A DNA stretch of 64,000 nucleotides from Collinsella aerofaciens (GTDB lineage: Bacteria > Bacillota > Clostridia > Oscillospirales > Oscillospiraceae), in NCBI GenBank assembly GCA_963633225.1, contig CAVGXR010000042.1:16152-80151 (forward strand). The letters are read 5' to 3'. Under the pieces are notes generated by a model. That model ran no database searches and was not told the origin of the DNA. It worked only from the letters and a program-made list of their open reading frames with translations. The position numbers and the translations under genes were made by a program. Shown here piece by piece: positions 19,959 to 28,855 of this stretch (positions within the stretch are counted from its first letter, which is position 1; each line of letters starts with the position of its first letter).

Positions 19959-20692
19959 AAAGTTTCGGCATAACTGACAAGGGCAAGGTCAGAAGCGAAA
20001 ATCAGGACAGCTATATAATCGAAAACTGCGATAAGCGAAAATGCGTGATCGCTGTCATCTGCGACGGTATGGGCGGCGCAAAGGCCGGCGACCTCGCAAG
20101 CCGGCTGTCCAGCAAGGAGTTTGTCAGCCGCGTTTATGAAAGCCTCGTCGCACCGCGCCTGCTCATGGGTAATCAGGAAAAGCTCCTGCGCGACAGCTGC
20201 GCCGACGCAAACGGCGTTGTCTATGAATACTCACGCTTTGACGCAAACTATAACGGCATGGGAACGACTCTCGTCGGCGGTATCATTACACACCGCAAGG
20301 CTTATATAGTGAATATCGGCGACAGCAGAGCCTATTATCTTTCTAAGGAAGAGATAAGGCAGATAAGCCGCGACCACTCATATGTCGAGGAGCTTGTCGC
20401 CATGGGCGCCATAAGCAGGGAAGAGGCCGCACATCATCCGAAGAAAAACATCATCACCCGTGCTCTGGGCGTTGATGCTTCGGTCGATGCGGATTACTTT
20501 GAATGTCCGCTGCACAGGGGCGACGGAATACTGCTTTGCTCGGACGGATTGAGCAACATGGTAAGTGATAAGGAGATCCACGATTACTTCAAGGAAAACG
20601 CTCTGCCTAAGGACGTATGCTCCGGCCTGATGGAGCTTGCACTTGCACGCGGAGCGAGAGACAATGTCTCCGTTGTTATGATCAAGACTTGA
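19955..20692 (+). CDS. stp: PP2C-family Ser/Thr phosphatase (Stp/PrpC)
   Basis: Metal-binding motifs (RSENQDS, CDGMGG, LLCSDGL, DNVSVVM). Conserved partner of prkC. Confidence 0.9.
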   Translation: MKSFGITDKGKVRSENQDSYIIENCDKRKCVIAVICDGMGGAKAGDLASRLSSKEFVSRVYESLVAPRLLMGNQEKLLRDSCADANGVVYEYSRFDANYNGMGTTLVGGIITHRKAYIVNIGDSRAYYLSKEEIRQISRDHSYVEELVAMGAISREEAAHHPKKNIITRALGVDASVDADYFECPLHRGDGILLCSDGLSNMVSDKEIHDYFKENALPKDVCSGLMELALARGARDNVSVVMIKT

Positions 20693-20708
20693 TATTAAAG
20701 GTGCTATT

Positions 20709-22400
20709 ATGGGAAACAGTACTGATAAATATATAGGAAGGATCCTTGACGATCGCTATGAGATCATCGAGCTGATTGGCTCGGGCGGCATGGCGAACGT
20801 GTACAAGGCTCTGTGCCACAGGCTGAACAGATACGATGCGGTCAAAATAATGCGTGACGATACGGCGGCAAACACCGAGCTCAGGCGGCGCTTTCGGGCC
20901 GAGTCACAGGCCGTTGCCATGCTCTCGCATCCGAATATAGTCTCTGTGTATGATGTCAGCCACAACGACGATGTCGAGTATATCGTCATGGAGCTCATCG
21001 ACGGTATAACGCTCAAGCAGTATTTGCAGAAGAAAAGCGTTCTTGACCCGTCAGAGGTGCTCAATTTCAGCATTCAGATCGCCAAGGCGCTTGAGCATGC
21101 GCACAGCAAGGGGATCATCCACCGCGACATAAAGCCGCAGAACATAATGCTGCTCAAGGACGGCATGATAAAGGTCGCCGATTTCGGCATAGCCTCGCTT
21201 GAAAGCGATATTGAGGAAAATAATGGCGAGACCGTCGGCTCGGTGCACTATATAGCACCAGAGCAGGCACGCGGTCAGGCTCCCGACGCGAGAAGCGATA
21301 TATATTCTCTCGGAATAGTCATGTACGAAATGCTCACGGGACGGCTGCCGTATGTCGGGGCATCCGATGTTGAGGTCGCCGTAAAGCATATGAACACCGA
21401 TCCCGTCAGCCCTCGTGATATAGTCCCCGATATCCCCGAGGAGCTTGAACGTATCTGCCTCAAGGCAATGGATTCGGATATTAACGAGCGCTATCAGACA
21501 GCCGGAGAGCTTTTGAATGATCTCGAGCAGTATAAAACCCAGAGTCTGGCTGCACATGTGCTCGAGGACTCCGAGGCCGTACTTATAGACAGCGACGAGC
21601 AGCCGCGCCGCAGAGCCCAGCGCAGCCGCAGAAGCAGGAAGATCGCGCTCAGCTCCGGCATATTGGCGGTTCTGCTGTTCGTGATAATCGGCTTTGTGTT
21701 CCTGAACGGATATTTTCTCAAGGATCTTTTCTCAGACCCCGTAAAGGTAAAGGTCGATAACTTTGTAGGCCGCTACTATGAGGATGTTATAAACGACAAG
21801 GATTATAAAAAGATATACGATTTCAAGGTCACCTTCAAGGTCGATCTTGAGCATGAGTACGGCATCATCCTGTCACAGAGTCCCGAGGCAGAGCGCAGCA
21901 AGACGGTAAGCGATAAAAACAGCAAGATCGTTGTCGAGCTCGTATGTGCTGCGGAAACTGTTGACGAGGAAAAGCGGCTTCTCAAGGTCCCCGATATCGT
22001 AAACCACGAGAGGGAAGAGGCCATAAGCATGATTCAGGACGCGGGCTTCACATACTCGCTGGAGCAGGCACCGTCTGACAGCATAACCAAGGGCTATGTT
22101 ATAAGCACCGATCCTGTCGCCGGTGCAGCCGCAGATGAAGGCTCGGAGATAAAGATAATCATCAGCACGGGTCCGCAGACGGTCATGACGACCGTACCGC
22201 AGCTCAAGGGGCTGTCCAAGGACGCAGCCATAGCAAAGATAGAAAGCAGCAATCTGAGCATCGGCAATATATCGAGCGCAGAGAGCGAGCTTGATGCCGG
22301 AACGGTCATAGAGCAGAATGTTGCTGCCAACACCAAGGTCGAGGAGCACACCAAGATATCCATAACCATATCCTCAGGCCCTACTGGAAACGGTGGCTGA
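20709..22400 (+). CDS. prkC: Ser/Thr protein kinase with extracellular PASTA repeats
   Basis: Gly-rich loop (GSGGMANVYKA), catalytic loop (HRDIKPQNIML), DFGIA, a TM segment (ILAVLLFVIIGFVFL), then PASTA-like repeats. Confidence 0.9.
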   Translation: MGNSTDKYIGRILDDRYEIIELIGSGGMANVYKALCHRLNRYDAVKIMRDDTAANTELRRRFRAESQAVAMLSHPNIVSVYDVSHNDDVEYIVMELIDGITLKQYLQKKSVLDPSEVLNFSIQIAKALEHAHSKGIIHRDIKPQNIMLLKDGMIKVADFGIASLESDIEENNGETVGSVHYIAPEQARGQAPDARSDIYSLGIVMYEMLTGRLPYVGASDVEVAVKHMNTDPVSPRDIVPDIPEELERICLKAMDSDINERYQTAGELLNDLEQYKTQSLAAHVLEDSEAVLIDSDEQPRRRAQRSRRSRKIALSSGILAVLLFVIIGFVFLNGYFLKDLFSDPVKVKVDNFVGRYYEDVINDKDYKKIYDFKVTFKVDLEHEYGIILSQSPEAERSKTVSDKNSKIVVELVCAAETVDEEKRLLKVPDIVNHEREEAISMIQDAGFTYSLEQAPSDSITKGYVISTDPVAGAAADEGSEIKIIISTGPQTVMTTVPQLKGLSKDAAIAKIESSNLSIGNISSAESELDAGTVIEQNVAANTKVEEHTKISITISSGPTGNGG

Positions 22401-23276
22401 ATGGACGGAACTATAGTCAAGGCGCTCAGCGGGTTTTACTATGTAAGCTCGGATGATAGGCTGTATGAATGCCGTGCACGCGGAAAATTCCGGCTCGACG
22501 GAACGTCGCCTATGGTAGGCGACAGGGTGAGCTTTGACCCTGACGGGGCAAAGGGCTATGTGACCTCGATAGCGGAGCGCAAAAATTTCTTCATCCGTCC
22601 CGCCGTTGCCAATATAGACGCACTTGTATTTATAGCGGCAAACACAAATCCCGTGACCGATCCTTTCTTGATAGACAGAGTGTCCGTTATAACAGAGGAA
22701 GCCGGCTGTGAGCTGATAGTCTGCATAAACAAAACAGACATTGACCCTGCCGATGAGCTGTACGATATCTATTCTGCATCAGGCTTTGAGACATACCGTG
22801 TCAGCGCAGAAACTGGAGCGGGGATACCCGAGCTCAGGGCTGCCATGAACGGCAGGATCTGCGCCTTCACCGGCAACTCCGGCGTGGGAAAATCGAGCAT
22901 ACTCAATGCAATGCTCCCCGGTCTGAGGCTTCAGGTGGGCGAGGTCAGCGAAAAGCTTGGCCGAGGGCGGCATACTACGCGCCATGTAGAGCTGTTTGAC
23001 GCAGGAGACGGCACATATATCGCCGACACGCCGGGCTTTGCCTCATTTGAGATAGAGATGATGCAGACGATCGACAAGTCCGAGCTGCAATACGATTTCC
23101 GTGACTTCAAAAAGTATATCGGCTCGTGTCGCTTTGCCGACTGCGCTCATTTAAAAGAGCCCGGCTGTGCAGTTACCGCTGCCGTCAGGGACGGGAGCAT
23201 CAAAAAAAGCAGATACGATTCATATGCGCGGCTCTATGAGCTTGCAGCAAAAAACCGCTTCTGGGAAAACAAATAG
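22401..23276 (+). CDS. rsgA: ribosome small subunit-dependent GTPase A
   Basis: Circularly permuted GTPase (NKTD ... GNSGVGKSSILNAM) and zinc knuckle (CRFADCAHLKEPGC). Confidence 0.9.
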   Translation: MDGTIVKALSGFYYVSSDDRLYECRARGKFRLDGTSPMVGDRVSFDPDGAKGYVTSIAERKNFFIRPAVANIDALVFIAANTNPVTDPFLIDRVSVITEEAGCELIVCINKTDIDPADELYDIYSASGFETYRVSAETGAGIPELRAAMNGRICAFTGNSGVGKSSILNAMLPGLRLQVGEVSEKLGRGRHTTRHVELFDAGDGTYIADTPGFASFEIEMMQTIDKSELQYDFRDFKKYIGSCRFADCAHLKEPGCAVTAAVRDGSIKKSRYDSYARLYELAAKNRFWENK

Positions 23277-23285
23277 AATATTCAG

Positions 23286-23337
23286 ACCGCCTCCGGCATA
23301 CGTTTTATAAAATGCGTGTGCTGGAGGCGGTTTTTTG
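23286..23337 (+). terminator. rho-independent terminator after rsgA
   Basis: ~16-bp stem including two G-U wobble pairs (ACCGCCTCCGGCATACG / CGTGTGCTGGAGGCGGT) followed by TTTTTT. Confidence 0.75.
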
Positions 23338-23487
23338 CGTAAAGGTCCGTGTGCGTTTTTCGCTGTTGCAGCAATAGCTTCAGGGATCATAATAATTCTC
23401 TCACTCATACTGCCCACGCAGTTTTGGTGGTTCATGCTGGCTGCGTCGCTCATTTGCCTCGGTATCTGGCTCATTCGCTGTCATTAA
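23335..23487 (+). CDS. candidate 50-aa two-TM small membrane protein (below the ORF-track length cut-off)
   Basis: TTG start 7 nt downstream of GGAGG, which lies in the 3' arm of the rsgA terminator. Translation by hand: (M)RKGPCAFFAVAAIASGIIIILSLILPTQFWWFMLAASLICLGIWLIRCH. No family recognised. Confidence 0.25.
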   Translation: MRKGPCAFFAVAAIASGIIIILSLILPTQFWWFMLAASLICLGIWLIRCH

Positions 23488-23538
23488 GCAGGTGCGGGCG
23501 GCATAGTATGTACAAAAGCAAATTTAAGGAGAAATGCC

Positions 23539-25011
23539 ATGAAGATCGAACTTAAAAGCAGAGAAGGCTGCGTTTATAAAAAGCTTTGCAGCTCAGTGTC
23601 CGAGGCTCAATGCGGCACTGAGCTGATAGTTCCCGACACGCTGGAGGATATCATGCGTATTCTCTGCTGCCGGTATCAGTGCAGAATACGCGAAAAGCTC
23701 GTCAGTCAGGATGCTGTAAATGTATCAGGCGAGATAGACGTAATGGTCATTTACGTTCCCGATAACGGCGACGGCGTTCGAATTGCAGGAGGGAGCATAC
23801 CGTTTGAGCTGCGCTTTGATGCTGCGGGAGCTGACAGCACCAGCATTGCCGTAACAAAGCTCGTTTCCCTGTATGTTGACGCAAAAGCCGTAAATCCGAG
23901 GAAAATATCCTTGAACGCAGATATTTCTATGGAACAGCGCTGCTACAAATATTCCGATGTGTGCTGGTCTGAGCCTCCTGCCGAGGCGCAGGATAAGCTG
24001 TTTTTCCAAACTCGTGAGCTTAAATGCAAAAGCATAGTGCTCGTTTCCGAAAAAACGCTGAGCATCGAGGATGAGCTCGAGCTGCCGGAAGCCTTTATCG
24101 GCGGAGACTTTGTAAAAGCGTTCAGCAGCATAAATCTTACCGGCAGCGAGACCGTCGGCACAAAGCTCATCGTCAAGGGCACGGCGGATATCGAGGCTGT
24201 CTGCATTGTTTCCGGCATTCCTCAGACTGCGAGATTTTCGATACCGTTTTCACAGCTTTTCAATCTTCCGGACGGCTGTACGGACGTTGATGTATCATCC
24301 TGCGCAATGCTGACAGGGCAATACTTCGAGACATTTGATGCAAGGCTCTCAGCCGACATCCGTGCCGCTATACAGCTTGTATGCCTTCAGGAGCAGAGCA
24401 TAAGCTTTATAAGCGACGCTTACTCGTGCACACGGCAGCTCTGCCTGAGCACATCCGAGCTCAGCTGTCTGACCGAGGCGTGGGAGAACCGTCAGAATGT
24501 GAGCGTTATGCTTTCGTATAATTCGGATTACGGTGCTGATGAGATCATATTTTCAAGCGCTTCTGCGGGCTGTCCCGAGATAAGGGAGACAGAAGTGCTC
24601 GTCCCCGTGACGGCGGATATCGTGTATAAGGACCGTGAGGGTGAGCTGCGCGCCTGCCGCGTGAGAGGCAAGGCACAGCTTGAGCTTAACGGCGGCAGAC
24701 TCCCCGACGCTGTCTGCACCGATAAGATAAGCGTCAGCACATCTGCCGCAGACGGCAATATAAACGCTTCTATCACGCTCACGCTTACCCTGCGGTATCT
24801 TGCGTGCAGCAGCGTGAGCATGGTAAGCGGGGTTGAGCTGACCGAGCTTGAGCGTGAAAAAGGCGACGCTTCATTGTACATGTGCCGCTGCACAGACGGC
24901 GATCTGTGGAGCCTTGCAAAGAAGTATGGCTCGGACCCTGAGCTGATAAAGCTCATAAACGAGCTTGACGGCGAGCCGGATGACCGGCTGCTGCTCATTC
25001 CCGTTATATAG
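23539..25011 (+). CDS. SipL/SpoVID-like spore-coat morphogenetic protein (DUF3794/SPOCS repeats + C-terminal LysM)
   Basis: 490 aa. Repeated beta-rich modules of DUF3794 type. The C-terminal segment ASLYMCRCTDGDLWSLAKKYGSDPELIKLINELDGEPDDRLLLIPV fits LysM. Size and architecture recall C. difficile SipL. Directly abuts spoIIIAA. Confidence 0.6.
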   Translation: MKIELKSREGCVYKKLCSSVSEAQCGTELIVPDTLEDIMRILCCRYQCRIREKLVSQDAVNVSGEIDVMVIYVPDNGDGVRIAGGSIPFELRFDAAGADSTSIAVTKLVSLYVDAKAVNPRKISLNADISMEQRCYKYSDVCWSEPPAEAQDKLFFQTRELKCKSIVLVSEKTLSIEDELELPEAFIGGDFVKAFSSINLTGSETVGTKLIVKGTADIEAVCIVSGIPQTARFSIPFSQLFNLPDGCTDVDVSSCAMLTGQYFETFDARLSADIRAAIQLVCLQEQSISFISDAYSCTRQLCLSTSELSCLTEAWENRQNVSVMLSYNSDYGADEIIFSSASAGCPEIRETEVLVPVTADIVYKDREGELRACRVRGKAQLELNGGRLPDAVCTDKISVSTSAADGNINASITLTLTLRYLACSSVSMVSGVELTELEREKGDASLYMCRCTDGDLWSLAKKYGSDPELIKLINELDGEPDDRLLLIPVI

Positions 25012-25012
25012 C

Positions 25013-25879
25013 ATGATAAGCGCATATGATGAGGCCGTGAGGCTGCTGCCGGCAAGAACGGCGGCAGCACTCGGCAAGGACTTTGAAAACGCTGAGGAGT
25101 TCCGGCTCAGGACAGGCTGTATGCCCACCGCGCTTATATGCGGCAGGGAAGTGCCCATATCCGACTGCCCCGTAAGCTGCGGCGACATTGCCTGCGTTCT
25201 GGAAAAGGCGACGCGGGCATCCGTACATACCGTGCAGCGGGATATGGCCAGAGGCTTTATAAGCTGCGGCTTCGGTCTGCGCCTCGGTGTATGCGGTACG
25301 GGTATAATGTCCGGCAGCGCGGTAACGGGACTTCGTGAGATAAGCTCCGTGTCAATACGCATACCGCATGAGCTTCGCTCCTGCGGCGGCGAGGCTGCTG
25401 AAAAGCTGTACCGCAGCTGCGATAATACGCTTATAATCTCGCCGCCCGGCGGCGGGAAAACTACAATGCTGCGCGAATGCATAAGATATCTCTCTGCCTC
25501 CGGCATAAGAGTTTCGGTTGCCGATGAGAGAGGAGAGCTGGCTGCCATGTACCGCGGCAGACCGCAGTTCGATATCGGCCCGTCGAGCGATGTGATGTCG
25601 GATATCCCGAAGGCTGAGGCCGCAATGATGCTGCTGCGCGCAATGAATCCGCAGCTTATAGTCATGGACGAGATATCCTCTCCAGACGACTGCTCGGCCA
25701 TAACCGCAGCCGCCGGCTGCGGAGTGCGGGTTATTGCGTCAGCTCACGCGGCATCGACAGCTGAGCTTAAAAGCCGTACCGTATACCGAAGGCTCATTGA
25801 TCGGGGCATTTTTACGGCTGCTGTGATTATAGAATGCTCCGGCGGCGTGCGCAGCTACACATGGGAGGCGCTGCAATGA
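25013..25879 (+). CDS. spoIIIAA: stage III sporulation protein AA (AAA-type ATPase)
   Basis: Walker A (LIISPPGGGKTTMLRE), Walker B (LIVMDEI), and first position of the eight-gene spoIIIA operon. ATG at 25013, one nt after the upstream stop. Confidence 0.88.
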   Translation: MISAYDEAVRLLPARTAAALGKDFENAEEFRLRTGCMPTALICGREVPISDCPVSCGDIACVLEKATRASVHTVQRDMARGFISCGFGLRLGVCGTGIMSGSAVTGLREISSVSIRIPHELRSCGGEAAEKLYRSCDNTLIISPPGGGKTTMLRECIRYLSASGIRVSVADERGELAAMYRGRPQFDIGPSSDVMSDIPKAEAAMMLLRAMNPQLIVMDEISSPDDCSAITAAAGCGVRVIASAHAASTAELKSRTVYRRLIDRGIFTAAVIIECSGGVRSYTWEALQ

Positions 25880-26385
25880 GCATTATCGGCGCAGCGCTCA
25901 TAATGCTCGGCTGCACCGCAGCGGGGCTTATAAAGGCGCATAGCCTCGGCGAAAAGGACAAGACCTGCTCCGAGCTTCTAACCGCTTTTACGCTTCTTAA
26001 AAGTGAGATATGCTCACGCGCCGTGCCGCTCGACGAGGCTCTGCGCGTAAGCTCCGGCACGGCATCCGGCGACACGGAAAAATTCCTGCGCAGAGTCAGC
26101 AGCGATTTTTCAAAGCTCGGCGAGCGCTCCTTCTGCGATATATGGTCAAATGCCGCTGTAAGCTGTCTGCAAATTCTTCCGCCGCGCTCGCTGTCGGCTG
26201 TAAAAGCGCTCGGCAGCAGTCTCGGAAGATATGAAAGCTCCATGCAGTGCGCGGCGCTCGACCGCTGCATCGGCGATATCTCGGCAGAGCAGCAAAAGCT
26301 GCACGAAACACTCAGCGCAGATAAAAGAATGTATATCGGCCTCGGCTGCGCGGCGGGACTCATCATTGCCATCGTGCTGATATGA
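25876..26385 (+). CDS. spoIIIAB: stage III sporulation protein AB
   Basis: ~170 aa with N- and C-terminal TM helices, in operon position. ATG overlaps the AA stop (ATGA). Confidence 0.8.
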   Translation: MSIIGAALIMLGCTAAGLIKAHSLGEKDKTCSELLTAFTLLKSEICSRAVPLDEALRVSSGTASGDTEKFLRRVSSDFSKLGERSFCDIWSNAAVSCLQILPPRSLSAVKALGSSLGRYESSMQCAALDRCIGDISAEQQKLHETLSADKRMYIGLGCAAGLIIAIVLI

Positions 26386-26399
26386 ATACGGGAGGAAAA

Positions 26400-26594
26400 A
26401 TGGAAGTTGAGCTCATATTTAAAATTGCTGCCGTCGGCATTCTGGTGGCGGTGCTGAATATTCTGCTGTCACGCTCAGGGAGAGATGAGCAGGCGCTCAT
26501 GACAACGATCGCAGCACTGGTCGTCGTGCTGATCGTCGTCGTTCAGAAGATCAGCGAGCTGTTTGCGCTCATAAAAGACTTGTTTGCGCTCTGA
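26400..26594 (+). CDS. spoIIIAC: stage III sporulation protein AC
   Basis: 64-aa two-TM protein (MEVELIFKIAAVGILVAVLNILLSRSGRDEQA...) with GGAGG SD. Conserved AC sequence pattern. Confidence 0.85.
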   Translation: MEVELIFKIAAVGILVAVLNILLSRSGRDEQALMTTIAALVVVLIVVVQKISELFALIKDLFAL

Positions 26595-26980
26595 TGGATA
26601 TAGCTATAAAGGCCTCAGCCATTGCGATGATCTCCTCGCTGTGCATACTTCTCATAAGAAAAAATAATCAGGAGATTGGACTTGCAGCCGCTATAGCCGC
26701 TGCGGCTGTAATATGCTTTGCCGCAGCACAGCTTTTCGGCAGTATACTTGAGCTTATTGACTGCGCCATATCGCAGACAGGCCTGAGCTCTGTTCTGTTT
26801 GCGCCGATAATCAAATGCACCGGCATTGCAATGATCGTAAAGCTCAGCACGGGACTGTGCAAGGATGCAGGTCAGGGCGGCATTGCTTCATCCGTCGAGC
26901 TTCTCGGCACTGCCGCCGCACTGTTCACAGCGCTTCCTCTTATCACCGCGCTTATGGATACGATAGGAGATATGCTATGA
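26594..26980 (+). CDS. spoIIIAD: stage III sporulation protein AD
   Basis: 128-aa polytopic membrane protein in operon position. ATG overlaps the AC stop. Confidence 0.85.
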   Translation: MDIAIKASAIAMISSLCILLIRKNNQEIGLAAAIAAAAVICFAAAQLFGSILELIDCAISQTGLSSVLFAPIIKCTGIAMIVKLSTGLCKDAGQGGIASSVELLGTAAALFTALPLITALMDTIGDML

Positions 26981-28032
26981 AAAAGCTTTTATTTATTCTT
27001 GCGTTTTCGCTTTTTCTTATAACCCCGTGCCGCGCTGCGCCATATGATGAGGAGCAGCTTTACGATTCTCTCCCCGACTATGCCGGAGAGCTTGCCGGCG
27101 ACACGTCGCAGTCGCCGCAGGAGGGGCTCGATAAACTTGGAAGTGCTTTTTCCGAGACCGTATCCGGCGGTATAGGCGGTGTTATCAAGCGTATCGTGAG
27201 CATGATCGCCGTAGCTCTTATCTGTGCTGTACTCACGCTGTTCTGTGATGATGCGCCGGATTATGTGCCGCTCGGCGGCTGCGCGGCAATAGCGCTTATA
27301 AGCGTTGGGGACGTTCATTCGTTCATTGCATCGGGAGAAGAGGTCATAACTGCGCTTTCGGGCTTTTCAAAAACTCTGCTGCCGGCCATGTGCGCTGCCT
27401 CTGCCGCCTGCGGTACGCTCTCCTCGTCAACGCTGAGATACGCGGCCTCGGTTTTGTTTATGGATTCATTTGTAACTCTCGCGCAGACTCTCGTTCTGCC
27501 GATCATCTGCGCGTATCTTGCTGCCGGCATAGCGGCGGCCTCGTTCGGTAATAAATGCCTTGACGGGATCGCAGCATTTTTAAAACGCCTGAGCACGCTT
27601 CTGATGGTAGCTGCCGCTCTCGGCTTCACTTTATACATCAGCATAAGCTCTGTCGTGGCCTCCGGCGGAGACGCAGTTGCGTCAAAGCTTGCAAAAACCG
27701 CAATATCCACAGCACTGCCTGTTGTCGGCAGCATAATATCGGATGCCGCGTCCACAGTCGTCGCGGGAGCAGAGGCTATGCGCAATACCGTCGGAGTATT
27801 TGGTATGCTCGCACTGCTTGCCATTTGCGTATCGCCGTTTGCAGTTATGGCTGTCAATTATCTTGGCTATAAGCTTGCAGCGGCAGCAATCAGAGCCTTT
27901 GGCTGTCAAAAGCTCTCGTCACTGGCTGACTGCATAGGCTCGGCAATAGGAATGATACTCGGGCTTGCCGGCTGCTGTGCAATAATTCTGTTCGTATCCA
28001 TGGCAATATCAATAAAGGCGGTGGGCGGATGA
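26977..28032 (+). CDS. spoIIIAE: stage III sporulation protein AE
   Basis: Signal peptide (MKKLLFILAFSLFLITPCRA) plus a polytopic permease-like body. ATG at 26977 overlaps the AD stop. The ORF-track start at 26815 is an out-of-context extension. Confidence 0.85.
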   Translation: MKKLLFILAFSLFLITPCRAAPYDEEQLYDSLPDYAGELAGDTSQSPQEGLDKLGSAFSETVSGGIGGVIKRIVSMIAVALICAVLTLFCDDAPDYVPLGGCAAIALISVGDVHSFIASGEEVITALSGFSKTLLPAMCAASAACGTLSSSTLRYAASVLFMDSFVTLAQTLVLPIICAYLAAGIAAASFGNKCLDGIAAFLKRLSTLLMVAAALGFTLYISISSVVASGGDAVASKLAKTAISTALPVVGSIISDAASTVVAGAEAMRNTVGVFGMLALLAICVSPFAVMAVNYLGYKLAAAAIRAFGCQKLSSLADCIGSAIGMILGLAGCCAIILFVSMAISIKAVGG

Positions 28033-28532
28033 TGCCTGAGCTTTTTTCTCAATGGCTGCATGCAGTGGTATACACCGGCATAGTCTGCTCAACAGCCATG
28101 ATGCTCACGCCTGAGGGAAGGGTAAAGAAGGCTCTCGGTCTTATCTGCGCCGCTGCAATGTGCATAGCTGTTGTTTCTCCTATCGGGGAGCTTGACTTTG
28201 ACGCATACTCAAGGGCGCTTGCAAAGTACAAGCTCGATGCTCAGCAGTATACGCAGCAGGGTGAGGACTACAGCAAAAATTTGAACCGAACTATCATAGA
28301 GGACGAGTGCGAGGCATATATATTGGACAAAGCCGATGAACTGGATGCAGAGATAAGTGAGGTCTGCGTGACAGCACTCTGGAGCAGCGAAGGCTACTGG
28401 TATCCGCATGAGCTGAGCATAAAGGCCTGCGTAAGCGAAGAGCAGAAGAATAAGCTTGCCGGCTGTATTGCGGCGCAGCTCGGAATAAGCATTGAGCATC
28501 AGGATTGGAGCGTGGAAGCAAATGACGGATAA
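28029..28532 (+). CDS. spoIIIAF: stage III sporulation protein AF
   Basis: Two N-terminal TM helices plus a soluble alpha/beta domain, in operon position. Confidence 0.75.
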   Translation: MMPELFSQWLHAVVYTGIVCSTAMMLTPEGRVKKALGLICAAAMCIAVVSPIGELDFDAYSRALAKYKLDAQQYTQQGEDYSKNLNRTIIEDECEAYILDKADELDAEISEVCVTALWSSEGYWYPHELSIKACVSEEQKNKLAGCIAAQLGISIEHQDWSVEANDG

Positions 28533-28854
28533 ATTAAAAATCGTTTTCAACAAATTTAAATATCCGCTGCTCGCGCTCGTGCTGGGACTTATTATAATGC
28601 TGCTGCCGGCAGGAAGCCAGGGTACCGATGACAGCGCACTGAGCGATGAGCAGCGCCTTGCCGCCGTGCTCGGGAAATGCGACGGCGTTGGGAATGCATC
28701 CGTGCTTTTGTCCGATACAGGAGCTGTCATCGTCTGTGACGGAGCGGAAAACGCCGTAGTGCGGCTGTCGGTTATCAAAGCCGCAGAAGCCTTCACGGGC
28801 TTTTCAAGCGATAGCATTCAGGTAATAAAAACTGCGCCGAATATAGGAGGGTAA
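28522..28854 (+). CDS. spoIIIAG: stage III sporulation protein AG (short, 110 aa)
   Basis: TM helix (YPLLALVLGLIIMLLP) plus a ring-building-motif-like core (RLAAVLGKCDGVGNASVLLSDTGAVIVCDGAENAVVRLSVIKAAEAFTGFSSDSIQVIK), in operon position. Confidence 0.7.
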   Translation: MTDKLKIVFNKFKYPLLALVLGLIIMLLPAGSQGTDDSALSDEQRLAAVLGKCDGVGNASVLLSDTGAVIVCDGAENAVVRLSVIKAAEAFTGFSSDSIQVIKTAPNIGG

Positions 28855-28855
28855 A

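Noticed and set aside
23502-23509. Sporulation-sigma-like -10 boxes: CATAGTAT upstream of the sipL-like gene, CATATAAT at 48494-48501 upstream of yunB, and CAATATAAT at about 51219-51227 upstream of cotJ
   Set aside because: The -35 regions match the sigma-E/K consensus only loosely, and I cannot score them without a matrix. I mention them but do not call them as features.
24871-25701. 276-aa ORF on the - strand across the sipL-like/spoIIIAA junction
   Set aside because: It is an Ser/Pro/Ala-rich antisense frame opposite well-supported sense genes (Walker A of SpoIIIAA). Typical GC-rich shadow ORF.
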